Position numbers and translations under genes: made by a program. A stretch of DNA of 62,734 nucleotides, the filler included, from Candidatus Babelota bacterium (GTDB taxonomy: Bacteria; JAGOBX01): NCBI GenBank assembly GCA_017999075.1. It is 8 parts of 8 records of this genome, joined end to end, with 100 filler letters (N's around TTAATTAATTAA, not from the genome) between each part and the next. Parts side by side here need not be neighbours in the genome. Positions count along the whole stretch, not along the records: positions 22,132 to 37,403 come from JAGOBX010000028.1; positions 37,504 to 40,767 come from JAGOBX010000473.1; positions 40,868 to 44,127 come from JAGOBX010000474.1; positions 44,228 to 59,392 come from JAGOBX010000029.1; 4 more parts are not named here. The stretch is one strand, 5' to 3'. The notes beneath the pieces are model-generated. The model did not search any database, was not told the DNA's origin, and saw nothing but the letters and a program-made list of their open reading frames with translations. Shown piece by piece: positions 34,601 to 46,054 of this stretch (position 1 is its first letter; each line of letters starts with the position of its first letter).

Positions 34601-37403
34601 CCTGAATTACTGCTTCTTATATCAGAAATATATTATAAATCAAAAGATTTTGGTTCTTCTGAAATATATTTGAAAAAATTTCTTGAAAATGACAGGAACA
34701 ACAAAGAGGCTCTTTATAAGTATTCTGTATGTCTGATAGAGCTGAAACGTTACGAATCCGCGCTTTCGGTTTTAAACAGTCTTGGAAATTACAAAGATTC
34801 GCAGGCGAATAAAATATCCGTGTTATATATTCTTGCAGGGAAAGAATTAGCAGCAAACAAAATTGAAGAAGGGTTGAATTATTTAAAACAAAGTTATGAA
34901 TTAAAAAAGGATTTGAATATTAAACTTAAAATATGCGATACATATTTTAAATTAAAACAATATAAAAAAGTGGTTGACGAACTTGAAAAATATGATTTTT
35001 CTGATGTTTCTTCTGAATTGTCTGAAAAGTTTTATAGGATGCTGGCATACTCTTATTTTGCAGAAAAAGATTTTTTTAACGCGGAAAAATTTTTAAATAA
35101 GATATCAGAAAAAGAAAATGAAGATTATAAATATTTAATTTCAATTTATCAAAACCTTAAACAAAATGAAAAACTGAATGAAGTATATTCTCACCTGATG
35201 AAAAGCGGAGTATTGACTTCGTCAGAACAATTGGAATACGGCGAACGTGTTTTAAAAAACGGAGATGAAGAATCGGCTTTGAAAATATTTGTTGATTTGA
35301 ACGGGAAAAGAAAAGACTTGTCAGTTAATGAATTAGCAAAAATATTATTTTTTATAGGTAAAATTAATTTTTTAAAAAACAATTTCACCAGGGCATTAGA
35401 TTATTTTGAGCAAATATCAAAACAATATTCAGAGGACCTTGAGTATAATTATTATATGGCTAATATATATTACAGAACCAAAAAATATTCTGACGCAGAA
35501 AAATATTTTTCTAAAATAAAAGGAAGATACGGAGATATAACTGAGATAAATAAAATGACAGCAGATATTTATAGAACAAGAGTTGAAGAATTATTTAATC
35601 AAAATAAATTTTCTGAGGCAGAAGAATATTTGAATGGAATAATACGCATAATGCCTGATGATGAGTATACTCTTTATAATCTTGCCAAGTTAAGCATCAA
35701 GTCAGGTAAACTAAAAGTTGCTGAAGAATTGTTGAACAAAATTAAACAGGGAAGCAGTTACTACAATGATAAAGTTTTGGATTTGGCCGAAATATATTTC
35801 AGGAATAATGAATTTAAAAAGGCGTATGAATATTATTTATCTGTTAAAGATTACATTGAAATAAAAAAAAGTCAGGAACTATTTTACAATTTTGCGGAAA
35901 GCGCTTTAAAAACAGGAGATAACGTTACAGCTCTGCAATATTTGAAAAAGTCTTATGAAATTGATAATTCTGCAGAAACGGCTTTGAAAATTGGCATCAT
36001 ATACGAAAACATGAAAGATTATAAGAATTCAGTAGCATATTTTGAAAAATATCTTTCAATTAAATCTTCTGATTTAGGAGCCCAAAAAAAACTGGTTGAA
36101 TTATATTTTGCGAATAATGATTATTCAAAATCCAAGATATTAATATTGAAAATATTATCTGCTGACAAATCTTATCAGCAAGGATACTTATATTTGGGAG
36201 AAATATATCTGACAGAGGGTCAGCAGGACAAAGCTTTAAATTATTTTGTTCAGGGTCTTGAAACAGGTTATAGTTCGGATAAACTTTTTAAATATTTAGC
36301 AGGATTATATTATAAAAAAGAATTATATCATATAGCTTATAAATATTATTTAAAAGTATATGATGAATCAATTAAAGATGAAGGGTTTTTACTTGATTTT
36401 ACAGATGTATGCGTAAATCAGGGTAAATACGATATGGCTGAAAAATTATTGAACGGAGATGTTTTAAAGAAAATTGTTTCGGAAAGAAAAAATAAATTAA
36501 CGGAATCAGTTATATTCAGCAAATCATTAAGATTTTATAATGAAAACAGATTTGATCAGTCAATGGCTGAATTGAATAAACTGAAAGAAGACAGCAGAAT
36601 AAAATATTATAAAGGGAAAATTCATTATGTACAGAAAAATTTTGAAAAATCAGGATTATTTTTTTCTGAAGCAGGAGATTATCTTGACTCGAAAAAATAT
36701 GAAGGATTATCTGCATATAAATCTGGGTATCCTGACAAATCTTTAAAATTGCTTATGCAATACAAATCTGATTCTGACATACAGGAAATATTATATAATT
36801 TGACATTTACTTCGAACGAAATATCTGACACTGATAAAATTGCTATATACGGAGAAATGGAAAAAAATAAACCTGATTTTTATCAAATAAAATTTTATAT
36901 TGCAGAACTTTTTGAACGTATCAATAAAAATTCAAACGCTGTAAATTATTATGAAAAAATAATTTTAAATAGGGGACTGGTTTCATCCAAACTTTATGAA
37001 CATTCTGCATTTAATGTTGGAAAGTTATATTTTAATATTAAAGAATACGAAGAATCATCAAAATATTTTGAAATCAGCGCAGCAGGAAAAATACGTTTTG
37101 ACGAGAGCGTGTATTACTGCGGAATAAGCAATTTCAGAATCAGGCAATACGAAAAGGCAGGCCAATATCTGGAATTAGTAAAAGATAAATCCAAGGTTAA
37201 AAATGAACTTGTAGAAATTTATTCTGTGAAATTAAAAGATTTGAAAAATAATGCCGGCACTGAAATAAGGTTATTAGAAAAAATTTTAGAGTTAACACCT
37301 GACCGCGACGATTTAATTTATGATCTTGCCGTAAAATATTTTGAAACTGGAAAAATAAATGAAAGTATAACAAAATTTGAAAACATTTACAAAAAATTTC
37401 CTG
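25616..37403 (+). CDS. Giant secreted tetratricopeptide-repeat protein (at least 3,929 aa, truncated by contig end)
   Basis: GGAGA RBS, signal peptide, continuous TPR-like motifs (Y..LG..Y...G....A...Y..AL...P), no stop before the gap. Confidence 0.92.
33410..33526 (+). repeat. In-frame 9-bp tandem repeat, 13 units, encoding (DNA)n(VNA)n
   Basis: Nine GATAA(C/T)GCT-type units followed by GTAAACGCC x3 and GTAAACACG. Confidence 0.97.
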
Positions 37404-37505
37404 NNNNNNNNNNNNNNNNNNNNNNNNNNNNNNNNNNNNNNNNNNNNTTAATTAATTAANNNNNNNNNNNNNNNNNNNNNNNNNNNNNNNNNNNNNNNNN
37501 NNNTT

Positions 37506-37880
37506 CCTGCAATAAATGAATATATTAAATTATATAATAATAAAAAAATATGGAGTAAATTTAGCGGAGAAAATTTAAAAAAATCGCGTCAATTTTGTAA
37601 TGATGCATTGCTTCAGGCTGCTAAATTATTATCTGATGAAACAAATCCAAAGCCTGATTACAATCGCGCAATAGAATTATATAAAATAATTATTGATGAA
37701 TTTGCTGATTCAAATTACGGTGATTTTGCATTGTACAGCATTGTAAGCATATATTACAACCAAAATAATTGGAATAAAGTTATTGAATATGCTAAATTGA
37801 TGGAAACCAATTTTTCACAAAGCCAGTATTGGCTTGAAGTTGATTTGAAAGCAAAAAAATCAAGAAGTTTGTTAAAATAG
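37506..37880 (+). CDS. C-terminal fragment of a TPR protein (BamD/YbgF-like repeats)
   Basis: Frame open from contig start; YNRAIELYKIIIDEFADSNYGDFALY. Confidence 0.75.
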   Translation, partial: PAINEYIKLYNNKKIWSKFSGENLKKSRQFCNDALLQAAKLLSDETNPKPDYNRAIELYKIIIDEFADSNYGDFALYSIVSIYYNQNNWNKVIEYAKLMETNFSQSQYWLEVDLKAKKSRSLLK

Positions 37881-37895
37881 TTTCATAATTATTAT

Positions 37896-39329
37896 ATGAA
37901 ATCTTATCGAAGCAGCCAACTCGAGTTTTTTCAATTGTTATTGTTCAGCGCCGTTATCGTGGGAATTGTATATTATGGTAATGAGATTGAAAAAACTCAA
38001 TACGGGGAATATTACTTATATATCCTTGCCTTGTTTGCTACTATAATGGTTATAATTTCTCCTGAAAAGGGGTTATGCATATTCATTATTGTGTCAATGT
38101 TTTCTCCTGAAATTTCTTTTGGAAGAGTCGGACGCAGAAATATTGCTGTAAGATTCGATGATGTTATGGTTGTAATTTGCGTCATAATTTGGTTTGTATC
38201 CAGATTTATAAAAAAAGATGCTAAATTTTTTGTTTCAACTCCTCTTGATAAACCTATTTTTGTATTTATACTTGTCTGCGCATTGTCATCTGCACGCGGA
38301 GTTTTGATAAGACAGGTAGATAATCCTAAAGAAGCTTTTTTTTATGTATTGAAATTATTAGAATATTTTTTTGTATATTATTTAGTGGTAAATACTGTTA
38401 AAAGCAAACATGAAGTAAGAAGATATATAACAGTTTTTATAATTGTATTAGCATTTACATGCATTGACGGATTGCGTCAGATGGAAGTAGGAGTGTCGCG
38501 CGTATCAACACCATTTGAAGATACCCCTGAACCTAATACATTAGGCGGATATCTGCTGTTTATGATCGGACTGGTAGGAGCCATGGCTATAATGGGCGTA
38601 AAAATTTGGAATAAACTTTTTTTATGGATTTTGTTTCCTTTAGTTGTGTGGGTTTTTTTACATACTTTGTCGAGAGGTTCTTATCTTGGATATTTTCCTG
38701 TTTTAATAACTTTAACATTTTTGCTTCCATCACAAAAACGAATATTCGGATTGCTTATACTGATAGTAAGCATTTTATTGATTAGTTATCTTCCTGAAGG
38801 AATTAAAAGCAGGATAGAACGTACATTTCAAGGGCCTAATGAATACAGAATTCCGATAATCGCCGGTGAAGAAAAAACTGTTCGACTGGATTCGTCGTCA
38901 GGTTCAAGAATAACGAAATATGAAAGTATATTGAATTACTGGGCTGAATATCCGATATTCGGGCTTGGAATAACAGGCGCAGGCTTTGTTGACAGTTCTA
39001 TATTCAGGACTATTGGCGAATTAGGACTTTTCGGGATATTGTCTTTAGTATGGTTATTTTATACGATATTGTCTGAGACATTTAATGCTTACAAACATTC
39101 CAGGAACAGTTTAAATAAAAGTATTTGTATAGGCTATATTTGCGGCTTGATAGGATTGCTTGTGCATGCTACTACAGCAAATACATTTTTCTTAATTCGT
39201 ATTATGGGGCCGTTTTGGTTTTTAACAGGAATAATATTTATGATACCGCCATTGTATTTTGATGAAATTGCAAAACCGCATGGAGTTAATTTATTAGCTT
39301 CAGTAGAAAAAGAGAATAATTTAAAATGA
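37896..39329 (+). CDS. O-antigen ligase/polymerase-like membrane protein
   Basis: Many TM helices; EPNTLGGY, TLSRGSY, periplasmic loop with R..PIFGLG, ELGLFG. Confidence 0.85.
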   Translation: MKSYRSSQLEFFQLLLFSAVIVGIVYYGNEIEKTQYGEYYLYILALFATIMVIISPEKGLCIFIIVSMFSPEISFGRVGRRNIAVRFDDVMVVICVIIWFVSRFIKKDAKFFVSTPLDKPIFVFILVCALSSARGVLIRQVDNPKEAFFYVLKLLEYFFVYYLVVNTVKSKHEVRRYITVFIIVLAFTCIDGLRQMEVGVSRVSTPFEDTPEPNTLGGYLLFMIGLVGAMAIMGVKIWNKLFLWILFPLVVWVFLHTLSRGSYLGYFPVLITLTFLLPSQKRIFGLLILIVSILLISYLPEGIKSRIERTFQGPNEYRIPIIAGEEKTVRLDSSSGSRITKYESILNYWAEYPIFGLGITGAGFVDSSIFRTIGELGLFGILSLVWLFYTILSETFNAYKHSRNSLNKSICIGYICGLIGLLVHATTANTFFLIRIMGPFWFLTGIIFMIPPLYFDEIAKPHGVNLLASVEKENNLK

Positions 39330-39523
39330 ATGTATCAAACGTATTATTTATTGCTATATCATTGATTTTCCTTTTGTTTCTTTTTTTTAATGAACCGATT
39401 CTTGAAAATTATTTTTATCCGTATATAGAAATAGGGGGAATGTTATTCAGCAATCTTTTTCATTTAATAATAATAGTTACGATAGCTTTTGTTATATTTA
39501 ATATCTATAGAAAGTTTTTATGA
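39326..39523 (+). CDS. Small two-TM membrane protein
   Basis: ATGA overlaps at both ends; two hydrophobic helices. Confidence 0.65.
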   Translation: MNVSNVLFIAISLIFLLFLFFNEPILENYFYPYIEIGGMLFSNLFHLIIIVTIAFVIFNIYRKFL

Positions 39524-40723
39524 AAAATTTTTTTTTTTTATAAATGGCTGCTAATAGGATTATTATTAAGAATAATAATAATGCCTTTTTTTGCACATCC
39601 TGATATTTTATGGATTAATGCTGGACCGTCTCAATTATCAAATAATGTATGGAATATATATGAATATCACGGTGAACAAAGAAATATTCATTTATTCAAA
39701 TACCCTCCATTAGCATATTTTGTTCTTGGTATTAATTTTTTTGTTGTAAAACCATTGCTGCATAAAACTGATTATTTCGACAATATCAGCGATATACATT
39801 CGTATAATGAATGGTTTGAATATTCCGGCATCTTTCAATCCCTTTTCTTTTTGAAAGTAATTTTTTTATTGGCAGATGCTGGAACTGCAATTTTGTTATG
39901 TAATATTTTTAAGGAAAAATCGAAACAGATAGTAAAATATTGGGCTTTATCTCCATTTGCTGTTTATGCTATTTTTATGTATGGGCAATTTGATATTATT
40001 CCTGTTGCAATGATAATAGTTTCTTTGTATTTTTTTAAAATAGAAAAATATGAATATAGTTTTTTATTTTTGGGAATTGGCGGAATGCTGAAACATTTTC
40101 CGTTTATGATATTGCCTGTTTTGTTTATATCTGTTCCTGTAAAATTTTGGAAAAAATGTATTTTTGCATTAATTGCAATTTTGCCTTATATAATTTTATC
40201 AATCGCATACTTGAATACTAAATCATTTATAGACGATGTGATACTTAATAGTGCCGGATATTTGAGTTCGATGAAAATATTTGCTGGAGGTTATGGAATT
40301 ATTCTTATATTAAATTTTGTTTTAACGTTTTTTTTTAATTTTGACAGGTTTTATGCTTTTATAAAATTCGGATATTTAACTTTGATATGGTATTTAATTT
40401 GTTCGGAATTTCATCCTCAATTTATAATTTGGGTAATACCGTTTATTTATTTTTTAATAAATTCAAAAAACCGGAAATATTATTATTTATTAATTTTAAT
40501 GTATTTTGTATATATAAATAATTGGGGGCGTAATTCAACCTGGATATTGTTTATGCCGCTTGATTTGGAGTTGACTTTATTGCCGAGCATAAATTCGGCG
40601 ATAAGCAATTATTTTAATTATGAAATAATAGTTAAAATATCAAAATATTGCATGAATTGTTTACTTATAATATTTTTGTTTTCAAATCTACGATCGTTTA
40701 ATAAGAAAAAAGCATATGTTTAA
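39520..40723 (+). CDS. GT-C fold membrane glycosyltransferase (GT87-like), frameshifted at a T12 tract (39528-39539)
   Basis: HPD, YPPLAY, GQFD, FHPQF motifs; deleting one T joins ATG 39520 to the ORF giving MKNFFFYKWLLIGLLLRIIIMPFFAHPD. Confidence 0.8.
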
Positions 40724-40867
40724 ATATTATGTGTTAATGTCTGTTATTATTTTTTTCGGGTTTATACNNNNNNNNNNNNNNNNNNNNNNNNNNNNNNNNN
40801 NNNNNNNNNNNTTAATTAATTAANNNNNNNNNNNNNNNNNNNNNNNNNNNNNNNNNNNNNNNNNNNN

Positions 40868-42403
40868 ATGCTCAATATTTTCGGGGGATGGTTCAATGAA
40901 TTTTTCGGGTCCCTGATGATAATCTATATTACAGCAAGGTCCAATTGAAACCATATCTTTTTCCCCTTCATCTCTATCCAAGTGTTGTTTGGTTTCAAAC
41001 AAATAGGCAAAATCTCCCCTGCCGCCATCATTAAATTGCCCAATATTGTGCTCTAAAAAATAACCTTTATTTTCATAAAAATATTTAATTCTGAAATAAT
41101 ATTTTTTATATAAAAGTTTAAGATAATATTCAATTTCATGATTAGTCAGGTCAGTAAAATATTTATTATATTCAGAATGTATATGCAAATTATTCATCGA
41201 AAGTCCAAGTGTTTCCGAAAAATCTATTTTTTCAGAAAGCTGAGAAAATAATTTTGAACCGGGATACGGTGTATAAATTCCTATATCAATAGTTGTCGGT
41301 TTGATCTTGAAAAGAAATTTTAATGTTTCATTTATTGTATCTTTTGATTCGCCTGGCAGCCCTATCATAAGATGGGCATGAGTAAAAATATTTAATTTTC
41401 TTGCTGCATCAAATAAGTCTGCGGTTTCAGCGATAGTGATTTGTTTGTGTACTGAATCCAAAATTTTTTGAGAGCCAGTTTCAACTCCGACTTTAATATA
41501 ATAACATCCCGATTGTTTCATTTCTTTTAATTCACCATATGATACAGAACCGACAGCAGCATTACAAAGCCAATTAATATTGATAGATTTTTTTTTTAAC
41601 AATTCAAAAACAACTCGGTTTCTTTTATTTAAAGCAGTAAAAATTTCATCTCTAAAATATATGGTTTTAAATCCAAGTCCAGCCAAATATCTAATTTCTT
41701 CAAAAACTTTTTCAGCAGACTGATAGCGGATTTTATATCCATACATTTTCGGAGCTGTACAAAAATAACAAGTTTTAGTGCAGCCCCTTGAAGTTTCAAC
41801 TGTTGTATAAGGATATTTAAATATAAGCGGATTATAAAAATTTTTTTTCGGAATAAGAGTTCTGTCAGGAACAGGAAGAGAATCAAGATCCTGAATAAAA
41901 GGGCGATCTCCTGTATAAAAAAAATTACCATTTTTTTTATAAGCTAATCCTTTAACATTTGATATGTCATTCCCTTTTTCAAGGCAATCTACTAATTCTT
42001 TAATTATTATTTCAGGTTCATTCGTCACTGCATAATCAACAAATGAATTGCTCAATAAAGTATGTTCTGTCATAAAAGTTGGATGAGATCCAAACACAGC
42101 AATTTTGCAATCAGGTTTAATTTTTTTGAGTTGATTCATTACTTCAATATCTTCTGTAAATGTCATAGTCGAAGTTAAAATAATTATTAAATTGCTTTTT
42201 AATATTGTTTTTTTTTCGTTTCCGGAAAAGTATAAAATTTCCACAGAATGATTTTCATTTTTTAAAACAGTAGCAACTGATAACAATGTTAAAGGAGGCA
42301 CTGTCCCGCCTCCTATACGTTTACCGCTGCACCAGCATCCGTACAGCACATCACGTACAACATTATTCTCAGATGTTTCGGGAATAAGCAGGATAATATT
42401 CAT
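40868..42403 (-). CDS. Cobalamin-binding-domain radical SAM protein (no stop before the gap)
   Basis: N-terminal B12-binding-like domain, TSRGCTKTCYFC, GVETGSQ, TPYPGS. Confidence 0.9.
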
Positions 42404-42407
42404 AAAA

Positions 42408-43142
42408 TTAATTTAAAAACCTGTATTTTATCAAATACCAAATAATTTTTATTGAATGTTTCCATTGTATTTTTTTTCCTTCCTTTGAGCTCCGCGGATT
42501 ATAGGAAACAGCTAATTCTTCAATTACATATTTTTTTTTCAACAATTTTGAAGCTATTTCAGTTTCAATTTCAAATTTTTCCGAAGTCAATTTTAATGAT
42601 TTAAATATTTCAGTTTTAATCAATTTATACCCAACAAGAATATCCGTTAATTTAGATTTATATAATAAACGAGCAAGTTTATTAAGACACATATGCGCAA
42701 TAAAAATGAAGATCGCGCTAAAAAAATGATCCTGAATAAAAAAATAACTGTTTTTATCAAAAATTCTTGAACCAAAAACAGCATCAATAGAAGTATTTTC
42801 GTTAATTTTATCTATAAATCTAATTATATCCTCAGTATTTAATTCGAGGTCTGCATCTTGAACTATAGTTATGTCTCCAGTAGCCAATTCAAGACCTTTT
42901 CTAATAGCATAGCCCTTACCTCGATTGAATTCATATCTGATAATTTTATGTTTGTTTTTTAAATTCTCAATTATTAACGCAGAATCATCTGTTGAACCAT
43001 CATCAATCACTATGATTTCCTTTTCAATAGACAGTTCAATATCTTCCAATTTTTTTATAATACTTAATATAGTATTTTTTTCATTATAACATGGAATTAA
43101 AATAGAAATTTTTTTATACATAACATTAAAAACTGAAAACAA
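42408..43142 (-). CDS. Glycosyltransferase family 2 (DPM1-like)
   Basis: IPCYNE, DDGSTD, NRGKG, QDADLE, EGKKI. Confidence 0.93.
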   Translation of the reverse strand: MFSVFNVMYKKISILIPCYNEKNTILSIIKKLEDIELSIEKEIIVIDDGSTDDSALIIENLKNKHKIIRYEFNRGKGYAIRKGLELATGDITIVQDADLELNTEDIIRFIDKINENTSIDAVFGSRIFDKNSYFFIQDHFFSAIFIFIAHMCLNKLARLLYKSKLTDILVGYKLIKTEIFKSLKLTSEKFEIETEIASKLLKKKYVIEELAVSYNPRSSKEGKKIQWKHSIKIIWYLIKYRFLN

Positions 43143-43145
43143 AAA

Positions 43146-44012
43146 TTATATATTTTTTTCAAATTTAAAAATCATAATTAGTTCCTGGCGCATAAAAAAA
43201 ACAATACCCATAATGCGGATTATTAAAAAAAATATTTTTTTCAAAAAATACATATCAGGCGGCAAATGCCTTAAAAAATATATATCATAATATTTACATT
43301 TAACTAACTTAAAACCTTTATTTAAAAAAAACTGCCGTATATTGTATTTATTATATAATGTATTGTGCGATTGATTATATATATATTTAATATATTTTTT
43401 ATTTTTAGTTAAAATATAAAGAAATTTTAATAATTGATGGCATATTCCATTGTCATTAATAGTTTTAATAATAACATATCCGTCTTTTTCTAAAATATTT
43501 TTTATTACATTATTAATCATATTATCGGGATTTTCAACATGTTCGATTACATCCCACAATGTTATAACATTAAAATCAGATTTTTCCGTTTTAAATTTCA
43601 GTTCATTCAAATTTCCTACAATAAATAGGCCTTTACTATTAATTTTAGCTTTAAAAACCATATCTGCAGAAATATCTATTCCGCCTATTTTACTAACAAA
43701 CGGAGTATTCTGTATGCGTTTTAAAAATTCTCCGTTGCCGCACCCAATATCAAAAATATTTATTTTTTCTTTCTTTATTAAAGGAATCAGTGAATTAAAA
43801 ATATTATAAATATCATTGGAAATTTTATTTTCAAGCCCATCAAAATAATATCTGTAATCATGATATATATTATGGTTTAAATTTATATTTTTTTTCTCTG
43901 CAATTTTATAAACAGCAGTTTTTTTTAACCCGCATTTTTTACAATGCAAAACTGAATAAGATTCATCATTGCAATAGAAAGAAAAATTGTGGTGATGTTC
44001 AGTAAGAGGCAT
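43146..44012 (-). CDS. Class I SAM-dependent methyltransferase
   Basis: FDIGCGNG, WDVIEHV, N-terminal CxxC. Confidence 0.88.
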   Translation of the reverse strand: MPLTEHHHNFSFYCNDESYSVLHCKKCGLKKTAVYKIAEKKNINLNHNIYHDYRYYFDGLENKISNDIYNIFNSLIPLIKKEKINIFDIGCGNGEFLKRIQNTPFVSKIGGIDISADMVFKAKINSKGLFIVGNLNELKFKTEKSDFNVITLWDVIEHVENPDNMINNVIKNILEKDGYVIIKTINDNGICHQLLKFLYILTKNKKYIKYIYNQSHNTLYNKYNIRQFFLNKGFKLVKCKYYDIYFLRHLPPDMYFLKKIFFLIIRIMGIVFFMRQELIMIFKFEKNI

Positions 44013-44055
44013 AAATCGGTAATGATTAAGTAATTTTTATAATTTAAAGTTTACA

Positions 44056-44085
44056 ATTATAGCGTATTATCTTATAATTTGTCAA
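44056..44085 (-). promoter_or_regulatory. sigma70-like promoter
   Basis: TTGACA-N18-TATAAT upstream of ATG 44012. Confidence 0.5.
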
Positions 44086-44227
44086 TATTTATTTCAAAAA
44101 ATAACATTGACAAAAGACAGAATATTGNNNNNNNNNNNNNNNNNNNNNNNNNNNNNNNNNNNNNNNNNNNNTTAATTAATTAANNNNNNNNNNNNNNNNN
44201 NNNNNNNNNNNNNNNNNNNNNNNNNNN

Positions 44228-45187
44228 ATAACATCCTGATTGTTTTGCCAAATTCAATTCTTTTTCTGTAAGCGCAGCGCTTGAATGAGTCTGAAAATAC
44301 CAATTAAAATCCCATCCGAATTTTTCTTTTTGAGCAATAAGTTCAGTACAAAACAAATTTAAACGGTTTTTATTAACTGCAAACAGCTCATCCATCATAA
44401 CAAGAATATTGAATTGATATTTATCATACATATATTTTATTTCGGACATTATGTTTTCTATACTTCTTGCCCTATATTTAGAACCGTGCATATGAACACA
44501 GAAAGTGCAGCTAAAAGGACAGCTCCTCGCAGTTACTATAGTCATTATTCTCGGAGTTTTTCTGGGATATCTGTGTAAATAAAAAGCATTAAGGGAATAA
44601 TTTTCAATCATTTCGCTAATATTAAACGGCTCATAATCAGGATAAGGCAGAGCGTTAATATCAATATAATCGTAATTTTTATTCGTTAACTCCAATTTGC
44701 CATTTTGAAAAAAACCTATATTAGAAATATCCGAAAAATTCAAATCATTATTTTCAATTTTATCAGCTAATTTTACAATTGCTTCTTCTGCTTCTCCGAT
44801 TATCCCGAAATCCGGACGCAATGAATCAAGAATAAACTCTGCGTCATTGTTTACAATTCCTCCCCCTAAAACAACAGGTATATCAGGATTAATTTTTCTG
44901 ATAATAAATATTGCATCTTTAATAAATTTGTAATCTATACATAATCCGCCGATGCCTATCAATTCAGGTTGATTTTCTTCAATCGATTTTATGATTTGAT
45001 CGTTTATCATTTCAAAAGATGAATTATAGCCATAAATATTATTTAAATTCAAACCGTAAATTTTATGACCTGCATTTCTCAAAACAGAGGATATATATGC
45101 AAATCCTACGGGAAAATCATTATTAGACATTATCGAAAAATTTAAATTTGTATATGATTTAGCGGGGATTATTAATAGTATTCGCAT
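44228..45187 (-). CDS. Cobalamin-binding-domain radical SAM protein, truncated by contig end
   Basis: PVGFAYISSVL, VVLGG, GEAE, TARSCPFSCTFC. Confidence 0.9.
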
Positions 45188-45236
45188 TTTTTAATAAAAA
45201 AATTTTCATAAAATAATTAATTTTAATAATGGCAGA

Positions 45237-45971
45237 TTATATGGTTTTATACCATATTGTTGTATCCTTCATAATTTCGACGTTTTCACCGAAAATATCA
45301 TAAACAGCTTTTGATACTCCGCAGTGAATATTGGAGAATGTGTCATTTTCTAATATTTTCTCCAAATTTTGCCCTTTTACTAAATAATTAAGATCAGACC
45401 ATTTTTTTTCCATATCATGACCACATAATATTCCGCCTTTTTTAACTTTTGATTTTAAATTCAGAATATCTATTTTGCATGGTTCGTATCTATGGTCCCC
45501 ATCAATAAAAACCATATCGGCAATTCCATCTGCTAATAAATTGGAAAAAAATAGCGAATTTGATCGGATAGGTATTATATAATCTGTCAATTTATGTTCT
45601 TTTAGCGTATTAAGAAAAAAATCAAATATATCAATAGTTTCTGTTATTTTTTCATGATGTTCCACTCCCACATTTCCTTTCCAGGTATCAATACAAATCA
45701 ATTTACCATCATTTTTCTTTGCGACATTCCCGAGAACAATAGTTGATCCCAATCCAGACCATGAACCCACTTCAATTATTGTCATATTTTTTTTTGAGAT
45801 TGAATTAGACAATTTCGATAATGCCTCAGTTTCTTCAAAAGAAATTTCACTTCTTGGAACTCCTGATAAATTTTCTTTCTGATAATTTTTTTCATATTCT
45901 CTTTTTCTTAATTTTGAAAATTTTTTAGCATAATATTCAAAATTAAAAAATCGTGTTAAACTTTTCGACAT
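45237..45971 (-). CDS. Class I SAM-dependent methyltransferase (Methyltransf_24-like)
   Basis: EVGSWSG, IDTW, FIDGDHRY, GGILCGHD. Confidence 0.88.
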   Translation of the reverse strand: MSKSLTRFFNFEYYAKKFSKLRKREYEKNYQKENLSGVPRSEISFEETEALSKLSNSISKKNMTIIEVGSWSGLGSTIVLGNVAKKNDGKLICIDTWKGNVGVEHHEKITETIDIFDFFLNTLKEHKLTDYIIPIRSNSLFFSNLLADGIADMVFIDGDHRYEPCKIDILNLKSKVKKGGILCGHDMEKKWSDLNYLVKGQNLEKILENDTFSNIHCGVSKAVYDIFGENVEIMKDTTIWYKTI

Positions 45972-46054
45972 TAATTTCCTCCTAATTTTTCCCCATTATT
46001 TATATTTTATTATATAAATATATCTGATTACGGTCAAGGTGTTTATTGAATTAC

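Noticed and set aside
6762-37403. Genome-wide reassignment of TAG or TGA
   Set aside because: Long genes, including 3,929 codons of the TPR gene, contain no internal TAG/TGA, and conserved genes such as cmk end at TGA; only the porin is interrupted
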